A stretch of 64,000 nt of DNA from Bacteriovoracia bacterium (GTDB lineage: Bacteria > Bdellovibrionota > UBA1018 > JBFWNL01), in contig JBFWNL010000006.1 of assembly GCA_050251055.1 (NCBI GenBank), positions 96,001 through 160,000 on the forward strand, read 5' to 3'. The notes under the pieces were generated by a model that searched no databases, had not been told where the DNA came from, and worked only from the letters and a program-made list of their open reading frames with translations. Shown piece after piece: positions 30,670 to 39,861 of this stretch (position 1 is its first letter; every line of letters starts with the position of its first letter). Both the position numbers and the translations under genes were made by a program.

Positions 30670-31364
30670 ATACCACCACGACGACTTCGCCTTCGGGCAC
30701 GGGTTCGGGGAAAAAAATGAATTTCACCCGCGGTACGGGCGCCACGAGCGGCCGTCCTTATATTCGCACTGAAGAAGACAAGCTGATGGGGCAGAACTAC
30801 CTGCGCGACATCGTGATCTACGCCAGTCGCTTCAAGTACTTCGAGCGCGAAGACTGGTACGTTTACTTCGCTTGGGTGGGCCTCATGAGCGGCCTGATTT
30901 TCTCGATCTTGGGCTTCATGATGGTGGGTTTCGTGAATAACGTGCAGTATCCCGCCTACGCGTGGAACGTGCCGATCGGCACCGCGATCTTCATCCTGTC
31001 GATCTCGTTCGATACGATCGGCCACCGTTCGGCATACAAGGAAGCCTTGAAATCCGGCGAAGCCTTGGTTCACCACATCACGATTTTTATGGGCATCACG
31101 AGCTGCGTTCTGCTTTGCCTCGCGTACACCCATCGCGCTTTCTTTGCGGTCCCGGCGCTCGTTTTCACGGGTCTCTCGGTCATGTACAGCGTCATCGACG
31201 AAGCCATGCACTGGAAGCGCTACGCCGAAGGAAATTCCGACCGCGTGGAAATGTGGGCGCACTCGGGCATCTTTATCGGTCACTCGATCATGATGGCCGC
31301 GTGGGTCTACTGGTTCTATGAAGGCTACCCTGGCGTGGCCGAAACCCTGCAGTATCTGAAATAA
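30666..31364 (+). CDS. Uncharacterised integral membrane protein with D/ExxxH motifs, in crt operon
   Basis: GGAGG RBS and ATGA overlap with crtB; about 5 TM; DTIGH, EALVH, DEAMH, EMWAH. Confidence 0.8.
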   Translation: MNTTTTTSPSGTGSGKKMNFTRGTGATSGRPYIRTEEDKLMGQNYLRDIVIYASRFKYFEREDWYVYFAWVGLMSGLIFSILGFMMVGFVNNVQYPAYAWNVPIGTAIFILSISFDTIGHRSAYKEALKSGEALVHHITIFMGITSCVLLCLAYTHRAFFAVPALVFTGLSVMYSVIDEAMHWKRYAEGNSDRVEMWAHSGIFIGHSIMMAAWVYWFYEGYPGVAETLQYLK

Positions 31365-31380
31365 CAATAAGGAGAGTGTT

Positions 31381-31773
31381 ATGAAGGTTGTTCTCAGCGC
31401 AGTATTAGGCTTGGCTTTGATGAATGGCGTCGCTTTGGCGAATACGGATTGCTCGGATGCGTCGAATTTCGGCGAAGTCACGAAGGCCGAACTGACTCAG
31501 ATGGTGGAAAAGAAATCCGCGTTCATCGTCGACGTGAACAGCGCCGACAGCTACAAGAAAAATCACGTTCCCGGCGCCATCCACTTCGCCGCCAACGAGA
31601 AGAATTTCTCCAAGATGCTCCCGGCCGACAAGGGCACGATGATCGTCGCTTACTGCGGTGGTCCGGCTTGCACGGCTTGGGAAAGGGCCGCCACGGCCGC
31701 CTGCAAGGAAGGCTACACCAACATCCGTCACTTTAAAGGCGGCATCTCCGGCTGGACGAAGAAGTCGTCCTAA
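31381..31773 (+). CDS. Periplasmic rhodanese-like protein
   Basis: Signal peptide; IVDVN, HVPGAIH, VAYCGG, FKGGISGW. Confidence 0.9.
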   Translation: MKVVLSAVLGLALMNGVALANTDCSDASNFGEVTKAELTQMVEKKSAFIVDVNSADSYKKNHVPGAIHFAANEKNFSKMLPADKGTMIVAYCGGPACTAWERAATAACKEGYTNIRHFKGGISGWTKKSS

Positions 31774-31807
31774 CGAGCAGTTTTTTTCCGGGTGACTGGA
31801 AAGCGAG

Positions 31808-31840
31808 AACGGCCAGGTGAAAGCCTGGCCGTTTTTTTTT
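31808..31840 (+). terminator. Intrinsic terminator ending the crt/rhodanese run
   Basis: AACGGCCAGG-TGAAAG-CCTGGCCGTT followed by a T tract. Confidence 0.9.
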
Positions 31841-31849
31841 GGCCAAACG

Positions 31850-32230
31850 TTATCCGATTTTTTCGTCGAGCATAGTGCCCTTACGGACCTTGCCCGCGCG
31901 CTTCTGGCGCTTGGCCGCGGTTTGGTAAGTGTGGGCGCCGACCCAGCGGGAGATCTTCCCGCGCTGTTCTTTGAGTTTATTGAAGAGCTGAATGAAGGCG
32001 TGCGCGACACTGAGATTCTTGATCGCCACGGCCGGAAGGTGCTGGCCGCTGGGAGCTTCACCGTCGTTGGGTTTTACGAGGCGGAGCTGGGGATCGGACT
32101 TTTCTTTTTCCGGTTGGTAGCGTTTAAAGCTTCCCCCATTTTGATGGGGAGAGCCGGTGTCGGAGGAAATTTTGGACGACGCGACGGGCGCGATGAATTT
32201 CGCGAGCGCGGAGCTGACTTTATTTAACAT
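31850..32230 (-). CDS. Small basic hypothetical protein
   Basis: 126 aa ORF with a sigma28-like promoter upstream. Confidence 0.6.
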   Translation of the reverse strand: MLNKVSSALAKFIAPVASSKISSDTGSPHQNGGSFKRYQPEKEKSDPQLRLVKPNDGEAPSGQHLPAVAIKNLSVAHAFIQLFNKLKEQRGKISRWVGAHTYQTAAKRQKRAGKVRKGTMLDEKIG

Positions 32231-32298
32231 ACGGACTCAAACCTACCTGCCGAGGTAGTGCCGGGCACACGGCTAGGCGTGCACGGGCTCTAAAGTCC

Positions 32299-32324
32299 TA
32301 TCGGCATTTGGCGGTGGGACTTGA
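32299..32324 (-). promoter_or_regulatory. Sigma28 (FliA)-type promoter
   Basis: Minus strand TCAAG-N14-GCCGATA, about 70 nt upstream of the ATG at 32230. Confidence 0.65.
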
Positions 32325-32571
32325 GGGGTTTTTGAGAAATTTTCGTCGAAAACCAGGTTCCTAATCTTGAATGGTGTCCGGGGGGAGATAGCCTGAAATC
32401 AGGACGTTTTTTCGACTCAATGCGGCATGCGGGTGCGTAGTAAATTACCCATCATTTCCAGTAGTTGACTGATGATTTCGCCTATTTACAACTCAGTTGA
32501 CGCTCATACGTGCTTGATGCTAGCGCTTGGGCCCTAGTGTCAAACCAGAATAAAAGGGAAATTCGATAGTT

Positions 32572-33891
32572 ATGTCAGCTAGCAACGTAGGGAATAACTC
32601 TGGTATCGGGGACCGTGATCTATTTAACAAGTGCTTCACCTATTCAGAAGCCAAGGCTTTGAAGGCCACTGGCCTGTATCCGTTCTTTCGTCCGATCGAA
32701 TCCACGACCGGCTCCAACGTCGTTTCGCATGGCAAGCGCCGGGTGATGATCGGTTCTAATAACTACCTGGGCCTGACCCACCACCCGAAGGTGATCGAAG
32801 CGGCCCAGCGCGCGGTGGAAGTCTATGGCGCCGGTTGCACGGGTTCCCGCTTCCTGAACGGCAACCTGGACCTTCACGAAGAGCTCGAAGCCAAGCTCTC
32901 CAAGTATCTGGGTTACGATTCCGCCCTCGTCTTCAGCACGGGCTTCTTGTCCAATCAGGGCACGCTTTCGGCGCTCGTCGGTCGGAAGGACGTGATCTAT
33001 AGCGACCGCGAAAACCACGCTTCCATCATCGAAGGTACGCGCGTGGCCATCGGCGATACGCTCAAGTTTCGTCACAATGACATGGAAGACCTCGAACGCG
33101 TGCTCTCCGAGTCGCGCGACAAGTACCAGGGCGCGCTCATCGTCGCCGATGGCGTCTTCTCGATGTCGGGCGATATCCTCATGCTTCCGCAAGTGTTGGC
33201 GCTCGCGAAGAAGTACGATTGTCGCGTTTACGTCGACGACGCCCACGCCTTGGGCGTATTGGGCCCGCAGGGCCAGGGCACCGGCCATCATTTCGGCGTG
33301 TCCGAACAGGTGGACGTGGTCATGGGCACGTTCTCGAAGTCCTTCGCTTCCATTGGCGGCTTCGTGGCCGGCAGCAAAGACGTCATCGATTACGTGAAGC
33401 ACAAGGCACGGCCGTTCATGTTCAGCGCCGCCATGCCGCCGGCCTCCGTCGGCGCCGTGCTCGAGTGCCTGCGCATCGTGCAGGAAGAGCCGGAGCATCT
33501 CGAGAATCTTTGGAAAAATGCCCGCCGGATGCAGAAAGAGCTCACCGGCATGGGTTACAACACGCTTAACAGCCAGACGCCCATTATCCCGCTGCTGATC
33601 GGCGACGATATCACCGCCTACTCCTTCGTGGCCAAGCTCTACGAGATGGGCGTGTTCGCCACCCCGGTCGCCCGTCCGGCCGTGCCGGAAGGCTGCGCGC
33701 TCATCCGCACTAGCTACATGGCTAGCCATACCGCGGAAGACCTTGATTACGTGCTCGAAGTGCTCGAGAAGCTCGGACGCGAGTTTGGCATCCTGGGCAA
33801 CGCGGGCCGGAGCGAAGAACTGGCCACCCTGGCCCAAACTCACTTCGGCGTTCGCGCCGGAGCCCAGGTTTCCGCGCATGTATCAGCTTAA
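32572..33891 (+). CDS. spt: Serine palmitoyltransferase (alpha-oxoamine synthase family)
   Basis: LYPFFR, GSNNYLGL, GCTGSRFLNG, DDAH, GTFSKS (PLP Lys); overlaps a ceramide synthase-like gene, which favours Spt over BioF/Kbl. Confidence 0.8.
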   Translation: MSASNVGNNSGIGDRDLFNKCFTYSEAKALKATGLYPFFRPIESTTGSNVVSHGKRRVMIGSNNYLGLTHHPKVIEAAQRAVEVYGAGCTGSRFLNGNLDLHEELEAKLSKYLGYDSALVFSTGFLSNQGTLSALVGRKDVIYSDRENHASIIEGTRVAIGDTLKFRHNDMEDLERVLSESRDKYQGALIVADGVFSMSGDILMLPQVLALAKKYDCRVYVDDAHALGVLGPQGQGTGHHFGVSEQVDVVMGTFSKSFASIGGFVAGSKDVIDYVKHKARPFMFSAAMPPASVGAVLECLRIVQEEPEHLENLWKNARRMQKELTGMGYNTLNSQTPIIPLLIGDDITAYSFVAKLYEMGVFATPVARPAVPEGCALIRTSYMASHTAEDLDYVLEVLEKLGREFGILGNAGRSEELATLAQTHFGVRAGAQVSAHVSA

Positions 33892-35017
33892 GCAGGTCAT
33901 CTCGAAGCAGGAGTGGAACGACTTCATTGATCTTCCCTGGAAGATCTACAAAGGCGACGCGAACTGGGTGCCGCCGCTCAAGATCGCGGTTCGTGACGTT
34001 CTGAACGTCAATAAAAACCCCTTCTTCAAGCATGCGACGATGTACCCGCTCGTGGCTTATCGCGGAAGCGAGGTGGTTGGGCGAATCGTGGGCGTGATTG
34101 ACGAGGCTCACAACAAGTTTCACGATGAGAAAACCGCCTTTTTCGGGTTTTTCGAAGCCATCGACGACCAGAAGCTCGCCGATCAGATGCTCCAAGCCGT
34201 GACGAAGTGGGCGGCGGAATGGGGCATGACCACGTTGCGCGGGCCGATGAACCCCAGCACGAACCACGAGTGCGGGCTGCTGGTCGAAGGGTTCGACGAC
34301 CCGCCGTCGGTGATGATGACCTACAATCCGCCTTATTACGGAAAGCTCTTTGAAGGCTTTGGTCTGGCGAAATCCAAGGATCTGTACGCCTACGCCATCG
34401 ATAGCCGCATCGTGAAGTTCTCCGAGCGTCTCGTGGCGCACGCCGAGCGCCTGAAGAGCAAGTCCAACGTCAAGTTCCGCACCGTGAACATGCGCGACTT
34501 CGAAAAGGAAGTGGACCGCATCATCGAGATCTACAACGACGCCTGGGAGAAGAACTGGGGCTTCGTGCCGATGAACGAAGAAGAGTTTCGTCACATGGCC
34601 AAGGAAATGAAGCCCATCGTGAATCCGGAGCTGTTCTTGTTCGCGGAAGTGGACGGGAAGCCCGTGGCTTTCGGCTTGGGTCTGCCGGACGTGAATCAGG
34701 CGATCAAGACCATCCCCGACGGGAAGCTGTTCCCGACCGGTATTTTCAAGCTCCTTTGGAATTTGAAGGGGCCGGGCCGCCGCAAAACGATGAGCCGCGC
34801 GCGCGTGCTGACCTTGGGCATCAAGAAGGAATACCAAAAATACGGATTGGGGCCATTGCTGTATTTAGAGTTCCTCAAGCGCTCTCCCGCCCAAGGCATG
34901 CCGATGGGCGAGGCGTCTTGGATCTTGGAAGACAACGTCCCCATGAATAAGGCGCTCGAAGCGATGGATGCGAAGAAGACGAAGACCTATCGCATCTACG
35001 ACAAGCCGCTGCACTAA
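33878..35017 (+). CDS. Tandem GNAT N-acyltransferase, bacterial ceramide synthase (bCerS)-like
   Basis: FIDLPWKIY, WVPPL, FFGFFE, GPMNPSTN, GLLVEGF, YNPPYY, NWGFVP, EASWILEDN; adjacent to spt. Confidence 0.75.
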   Translation: MYQLKQVISKQEWNDFIDLPWKIYKGDANWVPPLKIAVRDVLNVNKNPFFKHATMYPLVAYRGSEVVGRIVGVIDEAHNKFHDEKTAFFGFFEAIDDQKLADQMLQAVTKWAAEWGMTTLRGPMNPSTNHECGLLVEGFDDPPSVMMTYNPPYYGKLFEGFGLAKSKDLYAYAIDSRIVKFSERLVAHAERLKSKSNVKFRTVNMRDFEKEVDRIIEIYNDAWEKNWGFVPMNEEEFRHMAKEMKPIVNPELFLFAEVDGKPVAFGLGLPDVNQAIKTIPDGKLFPTGIFKLLWNLKGPGRRKTMSRARVLTLGIKKEYQKYGLGPLLYLEFLKRSPAQGMPMGEASWILEDNVPMNKALEAMDAKKTKTYRIYDKPLH

Positions 35018-35036
35018 TTTCAAGGAGTAATAAAAT

Positions 35037-35717
35037 ATGTTGAACCGCACGATTCGTTACATCACCCTTTCTTTGAGTGTCTTGACCCTGGCCGCGAACG
35101 CGTTCGCCGCCCCGTCGTGGACGGGCAACCGCATCTTGACCGCCGCGGAAACCGGGCTTTCCGCGGACCGTCAGCTCACCGTCACGCTCCGACAAAGCTC
35201 GGTGATTCCCGCGACGGTGAAGTCTTATAGGCACACCGTAACCGGCGAAGACGGCGGCGCCGAGTACGATGTTTGCGTGACCGAGGTCCGCGCTTTGCTT
35301 GGGCAGGCGCAGGCACGCCTTGCTGGCCCGCAGGGCGCCGTGAGCAAGAGCAATGATCTGTGGATCACGGCCCGCTTTGAAGCCGAGGCGAACAAGTACA
35401 CGCCGGATTGCCTGCTGGTTTCGTCGGGCGAGATGATTGGGTTCAAGGTCGAGTCCGCTTCTGGCCTCTTTCGTAACCTCGTCACGGCCCGTCGGATCAT
35501 GACGTTGAAGCTTTTTCCCGCTGCCGATCGCATGAATGCCTGGGCACGCCTGACCCGCAATGAAGCGGGCGAGTGGATGGTTTCCAACGTCGATCCGGCT
35601 ACTTTGGTGAAGGCTCACCGCGCCGTCTCGCAAGACGCGGATGGTAACGGCGTCGATTTCGAAATCGACGTTCGTGGCGCCGCTGGCGCAAAGAAGCGCA
35701 TTCGCGGCTCTTTCTGA
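35037..35717 (+). CDS. Secreted hypothetical protein
   Basis: AAGGAG RBS; signal peptide AFA|A. Confidence 0.7.
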   Translation: MLNRTIRYITLSLSVLTLAANAFAAPSWTGNRILTAAETGLSADRQLTVTLRQSSVIPATVKSYRHTVTGEDGGAEYDVCVTEVRALLGQAQARLAGPQGAVSKSNDLWITARFEAEANKYTPDCLLVSSGEMIGFKVESASGLFRNLVTARRIMTLKLFPAADRMNAWARLTRNEAGEWMVSNVDPATLVKAHRAVSQDADGNGVDFEIDVRGAAGAKKRIRGSF

Positions 35718-35804
35718 TTCCATCCCGTCCAGGGTCGTGGACGGAACGCGCGTACCGGTGTACGCTAAGCTCAGCGGTAAACCACGCATGGACGGGGGGC
35801 TTGC

Positions 35805-36443
35805 ATGAGAATTTTAGGCGTCGACCCAGGATCGCGTTTGACGGGCTATGGCTGCGTGGACTTGGTCGGGAACCAAGTCCAATACGTGGCGAGTGGCACC
35901 TTTAAGCTGCTGGCCCCCGGCAAGACCGCGCAGGACGACCAAGATCAAGAAACCATGCCCGCTCGCCTGCTGACGCTTCACGAGGCATTGGGCGGTGTGA
36001 TCCAGCGCCTGCGTCCCCAGGTCCTCGTGGTTGAGAAGGTCTTTTTCGCTAAAAATGCAATGTCTGCTTTGAAGCTCGGACAGGCACGCGGCGTGGTGCT
36101 ATTGAGCGCCGCGGCCCATTCCTTAAAACTAGCCGAATACAGCCCCACGGAAGTGAAGCAATCCATCGCCGGTAGCGGCCGCGCGGATAAGGTAGACGTG
36201 GCGCGCGCGCTGCAGCTGCTTTTCGGCCCGAAGGACTTCGAAAGCTGGGATGCCTCCGACGGATTGGCGTTGGCGGTCTGTCATGCGCACCGTTCGGTGC
36301 AGAATATTCTGGCGCGCTCGCTCGCGGGCGCCAGCTCCCTGCGCAGTGGGTCCAAGCGTCGTCCGACCATTGCCGAATCGCTCGGGTTTGGCGGCGCTTA
36401 CGGCGGTCGATTTGATTCGGAGCGTAAGGTGAAGCGCCGTTAA
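35805..36443 (+). CDS. ruvC: Crossover junction endodeoxyribonuclease RuvC
   Basis: ILGVDPGS, VVEKVFF, LGQARG, YSPTEVK, DASDGLALA. Confidence 0.96.
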   Translation: MRILGVDPGSRLTGYGCVDLVGNQVQYVASGTFKLLAPGKTAQDDQDQETMPARLLTLHEALGGVIQRLRPQVLVVEKVFFAKNAMSALKLGQARGVVLLSAAAHSLKLAEYSPTEVKQSIAGSGRADKVDVARALQLLFGPKDFESWDASDGLALAVCHAHRSVQNILARSLAGASSLRSGSKRRPTIAESLGFGGAYGGRFDSERKVKRR

Positions 36444-36500
36444 CTTACGCCCTGACTTCTAGTTGACTGGCACCGCAAACGTTGAGAGATTCCGTTCGTA

Positions 36501-37160
36501 ATGATCGGTTTCCTGCAGGGAAAAATCCTCGATAATCAAGTCAGCACGGAAGGAAAGCTGCTCGTCGGTGTCGGCCATGCCGACTCAGGCGTGGTGGGTT
36601 ATTCCGCGTTCGTTCCGCGTTCGGTGCATTATGAGGCATCCTTGCCGGGTTCGGCGATCCAGCTCTACGTGCATTCGCACGTGCGCGAGGACGCCTTTGA
36701 TCTCTACGGATTTTCCACCACGCTTGAGCGGGATCTCTTCCTCACGCTACTTTCCGTAAACGGCATTGGTCCCAAGGCCGCGCTCTCGGTGCTTTCGCAT
36801 GCGGAACCCGCGCAAGTGCTGCGCGCGGTTGTGGAAGCGGACAAAGATTTCCTGACTCGCATCCCGGGCGTGGGCAAGAAGACTGCTGAGCGCGTGGTGC
36901 TCGAGCTGAAGGACAAGGTCGAGAAAAAATTTGGATCCGCGCTAGGGGCGCCCATCCATGCGATCGACAGATTGCAAGCGAGTCGCACGGGCCAGGATTC
37001 TAGCCGCCATGTGTATATGGATGCGAAGGCCGCGCTCGTGTCGTTGGGCTTCCCGGAAACCAAGGTCGCCCTCGTGCTCGATAAGGCGATGGAAAACGTC
37101 GCCGCCTCGAGTGGGAAAACGGCCGAAGACCTCATCCGGATGGCATTGCAACAGTTATGA
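36501..37160 (+). CDS. ruvA: Holliday junction DNA helicase subunit RuvA
   Basis: MIGFLQG, VRED...[22 protein letters not shown]. Confidence 0.96.
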   Translation: MIGFLQGKILDNQVSTEGKLLVGVGHADSGVVGYSAFVPRSVHYEASLPGSAIQLYVHSHVREDAFDLYGFSTTLERDLFLTLLSVNGIGPKAALSVLSHAEPAQVLRAVVEADKDFLTRIPGVGKKTAERVVLELKDKVEKKFGSALGAPIHAIDRLQASRTGQDSSRHVYMDAKAALVSLGFPETKVALVLDKAMENVAASSGKTAEDLIRMALQQL

Positions 37161-38239
37161 CGGATATTATCGATCCTCTGAATAGGTTGGGTAACGAGCG
37201 GTTGGTCGATCCGAAGGCCAGCGTCGCCGGCGGCGAGAACGAGCACCAGGAGCTTTCGCTGCGCCCGAGTTTCCTACGTGAATATATCGGCCAAGAAAAA
37301 ATAAAAGAAAAGCTGGGCTTGTTCATAGAAGCCGCGCGCGCGCGTGAAGACGTGCTCGATCACGTCCTCTTGGCCGGCCCACCGGGCTTGGGCAAGACGA
37401 CGCTCGCGAACATCGTGGCCCGCGAGATGGGTAGCCAGATCCACATCGTCACCGGCCCGAACGTCGAAAAAAAAGGGGATTTAGCCGCGATTTTGTCCAA
37501 TCTGCAGCCGCGCGACGTTTTGTTCATTGACGAGATTCATCGCTTGCCCAAGATGATCGAAGAAGTGCTCTACGGCGCGATGGAAGACTTCAAGCTCGAC
37601 ATTATCATCGGTCAGGGTCCGTCGGCTCGCACCCTGCGCATTGATCTGCCGCGCTTCACGCTGGTGGGCGCGACGACGCGCACGGGATTGCTCTCCAGCC
37701 CGCTTCGTGACCGCTTCGGCGTGCAGCTGCGCCTGGATTTTTATCCCGCCCATGAGCTCGAGCAGATTGTTGCGCGTTCCGCGGGCTTGTTGAGCTTGGA
37801 GATTGAAGCGGACGGCTGCAATGAAATCGCCCGTCGTTCGCGCGGTACGCCTCGCATCGCTAATCGTTTGCTCAAGCGCGTGCGCGATTTCGCGCAGGTG
37901 CGCGCGGGTGCGCGTAAGCTCGATCGCAAAATCGCGCAGGACGCGTTGACGTTATTTGAAATTGACGATCGGGGCTTGGACCCGATGGATCGAAAAATCT
38001 TGCGCACGATCATCGAAAAGTTCGACGGTGGACCGGTGGGGATCGAAAGTCTCTCTGCCGCGCTCGGCGAAGAGCGCGACACTCTCGAAGACATCTACGA
38101 GCCTTTCCTCATTCAGGAAGGCCTCATTCAGCGCACCAGCCGCGGGCGTGTGGCTGCGAATGCGGCATACGAGCATTTGAAGATCGGGGTGCCGGCCCAA
38201 CGGGCTCCGACGCCGCAGAATCTCAGCCTCGATTTCTAA
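37157..38239 (+). CDS. ruvB: Holliday junction DNA helicase RuvB
   Basis: [35 protein letters not shown]. Confidence 0.98.
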   Translation: MTDIIDPLNRLGNERLVDPKASVAGGENEHQELSLRPSFLREYIGQEKIKEKLGLFIEAARAREDVLDHVLLAGPPGLGKTTLANIVAREMGSQIHIVTGPNVEKKGDLAAILSNLQPRDVLFIDEIHRLPKMIEEVLYGAMEDFKLDIIIGQGPSARTLRIDLPRFTLVGATTRTGLLSSPLRDRFGVQLRLDFYPAHELEQIVARSAGLLSLEIEADGCNEIARRSRGTPRIANRLLKRVRDFAQVRAGARKLDRKIAQDALTLFEIDDRGLDPMDRKILRTIIEKFDGGPVGIESLSAALGEERDTLEDIYEPFLIQEGLIQRTSRGRVAANAAYEHLKIGVPAQRAPTPQNLSLDF

Positions 38240-38259
38240 ATGTGACCGAAATCACACAT
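38238..38259. promoter_or_regulatory. CRP/FNR-type palindromic site upstream of lpxC
   Basis: AAATGTGA-CCGAAA-TCACACAT (TGTGA-N6-TCACA). Confidence 0.45.
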
Positions 38260-38449
38260 GTATTCCGGATGTGGGTGTAACCAAAACAACACAGTTTTGA
38301 GTAATTAACTCGATGCATCAAATAATCCAGTGAGCGTTGTTCATTTGACTCGATTTCTATAATTTGTTAGTCGCTGAAATCACTGAATAAAATCCTTTTT
38401 TCGACGGGCCGCCAAAATCAGATCGGTTGAGTGATTAAGTAAACTGATT

Positions 38450-38465
38450 TAGGCATAGTGCTTGC
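38450..38465 (+). promoter_or_regulatory. Sigma54 (-24/-12) promoter of lpxC
   Basis: TAGGCATAGTGCTTGC, i.e. GG-N10-GC, about 45 nt before the ATG. Confidence 0.6.
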
Positions 38466-38509
38466 TCTAGATATCTTTACGGTCCATACAGGAAGGGATT
38501 CGAAACGCT

Positions 38510-39418
38510 ATGCATCAGAGAACGATTAAAAAGCCTGTCAGCCTCTCCGGTATTGGACTTCATTCCGGCAAAACCACGCAAGTCACGATTCAGCCCGCGA
38601 ACCCGAATATGGGCGTCGTCTTCGTCCGCTCCGACCTGCCGGGCGCGCCCTCTGTGCGCGCGCACTACGAAAACGTAAAGAGCACTCAATTGGCCACGAC
38701 GATTGGCCGTGACAGCGTCACCGTATCCACCGTCGAGCACGTGCTAGCGGCACTCGCGGGTCTGGGCGTGGATAACGCCGTCGTCGTCGTCGACGGCCCC
38801 GAAGTTCCGATCATGGATGGCAGCTCGCAAGCCTTCGTCGAAGCGATCCAGAGCGTGGGCCTGCAAACGCAGATTCAGCCCCGTAACGTGCTCAATATCT
38901 TGAAGCGCGTGGAAGTGAAGGCCGATGGAAAGTGGGCGGTGGTGGAGCCTTCCTCGGGTTTTGAGATCCATGCTTCGATCGAGTGGGATCACCCGATCAT
39001 CGGCTACCAAGAATTGAATTATCAAGACGGCCGCGGCGCTTTCGAAGAAATCGCCTCCGCCCGTACCTTCGGCATGCTTCGTGACGTCGAGGGTTTGAAG
39101 AAGATGGGTCTTGCCCGCGGCGGATCGCTCGAGAACGCCGTTGTGCTTGATGACACCCGCGTACTTAACCCCGACGGTCTGCGCACCCCGGATGAATTCG
39201 TTCGCCACAAGGTGCTCGACGCCATTGGCGATCTGAAGCTCGGCGGTTTCGCCATCCAAGGCAATTTCCGCTTCCACCGCTCCGGCCACGACCTGCACTA
39301 CAAGCTACTCGCGGCCATTTTCTCGAATCCGGCCCACTACGAGATCGTTAAGGCCACGGAAGAAAAAGAGAAAAAAGTGGTCAAAAAACCGCGCCTCGCG
39401 GTCGCCGCCGCCTACTAA
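38510..39418 (+). CDS. lpxC: UDP-3-O-acyl-N-acetylglucosamine deacetylase
   Basis: QRTI, GIGLHSG, TVEHVLAAL, EVPIMDGS, ARTFG, RHKVLDAIGDL, SGH. Confidence 0.97.
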   Translation: MHQRTIKKPVSLSGIGLHSGKTTQVTIQPANPNMGVVFVRSDLPGAPSVRAHYENVKSTQLATTIGRDSVTVSTVEHVLAALAGLGVDNAVVVVDGPEVPIMDGSSQAFVEAIQSVGLQTQIQPRNVLNILKRVEVKADGKWAVVEPSSGFEIHASIEWDHPIIGYQELNYQDGRGAFEEIASARTFGMLRDVEGLKKMGLARGGSLENAVVLDDTRVLNPDGLRTPDEFVRHKVLDAIGDLKLGGFAIQGNFRFHRSGHDLHYKLLAAIFSNPAHYEIVKATEEKEKKVVKKPRLAVAAAY

Positions 39419-39509
39419 TTGCGCCCGCCGCGTTAAGTTAGCGACTTCTCAGCTTGAAAGTCCGCGCGTTCTTGGGTACTCGTTAATCCGTTATCACGTC
39501 TTTTAGAGT

Positions 39510-39587
39510 CGGGACGTGGCGCAGCCTGGCTAGCGCACTTGCATGGGGTGCAAGGGGTCGTGGGTTCAAATCCCGCCGTCCCGACCA
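39510..39587 (+). tRNA. tRNA-Pro (anticodon GGG)
   Basis: CGGGACG/CGTCCCG acceptor stem, anticodon stem CTTGC-ATGGGGT-GCAAG, GTTCAAATC T-loop, encoded CCA. Confidence 0.97.
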
Positions 39588-39695
39588 TTTCTTCCTTCCC
39601 TAACTTCAGACCCACCTGGGCTCAGACAGTCCTCGGCTTGCTTTGCAAGCCTGCGGAACTCGCCGGCGGGTCTGAAGTTAGGGAAGGAAGAAATG
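39586..39695. repeat. Perfect 28-bp inverted repeat directly after the tRNA
   Basis: CATTTCTTCCTTCCCTAACTTCAGACCC (39586-39613) and its reverse complement (39668-39695). Confidence 0.95.
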
Positions 39696-39839
39696 TTCGC
39701 GACGGTGGTGAGGTGAAGCCGAACGCGCGAACGGAGTGAGCACGTGGGTTCACGATTTGGCCAAGGAAGCGCAGCGACGGCCAAATCGCACGTTGCGAAG
39801 CAACGCCCCGAAGGGGCGAACCCCAGGATGGGGTGAGTG

Positions 39840-39861
39840 AAATCCCGCCGTCCCGACCATT
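39840..39861 (+). repeat. 22-bp duplicate of the tRNA-Pro 3' end (att-like / tRNA-linked repeat)
   Basis: AAATCCCGCCGTCCCGACCATT identical to 39568-39589. Confidence 0.95.

Noticed and set aside
25772-31364. Retinal/rhodopsin module
   Set aside because: No opsin (7TM with retinal-binding Lys) or blh-like gene in the window
27980-31481. 334-aa and 333-aa minus-strand ORFs in the crt operon
   Set aside because: Shadows of crtI and of the membrane protein gene
32644-34837. 411-aa and 371-aa minus-strand ORFs
   Set aside because: Antisense shadows of spt and the ceramide synthase-like gene
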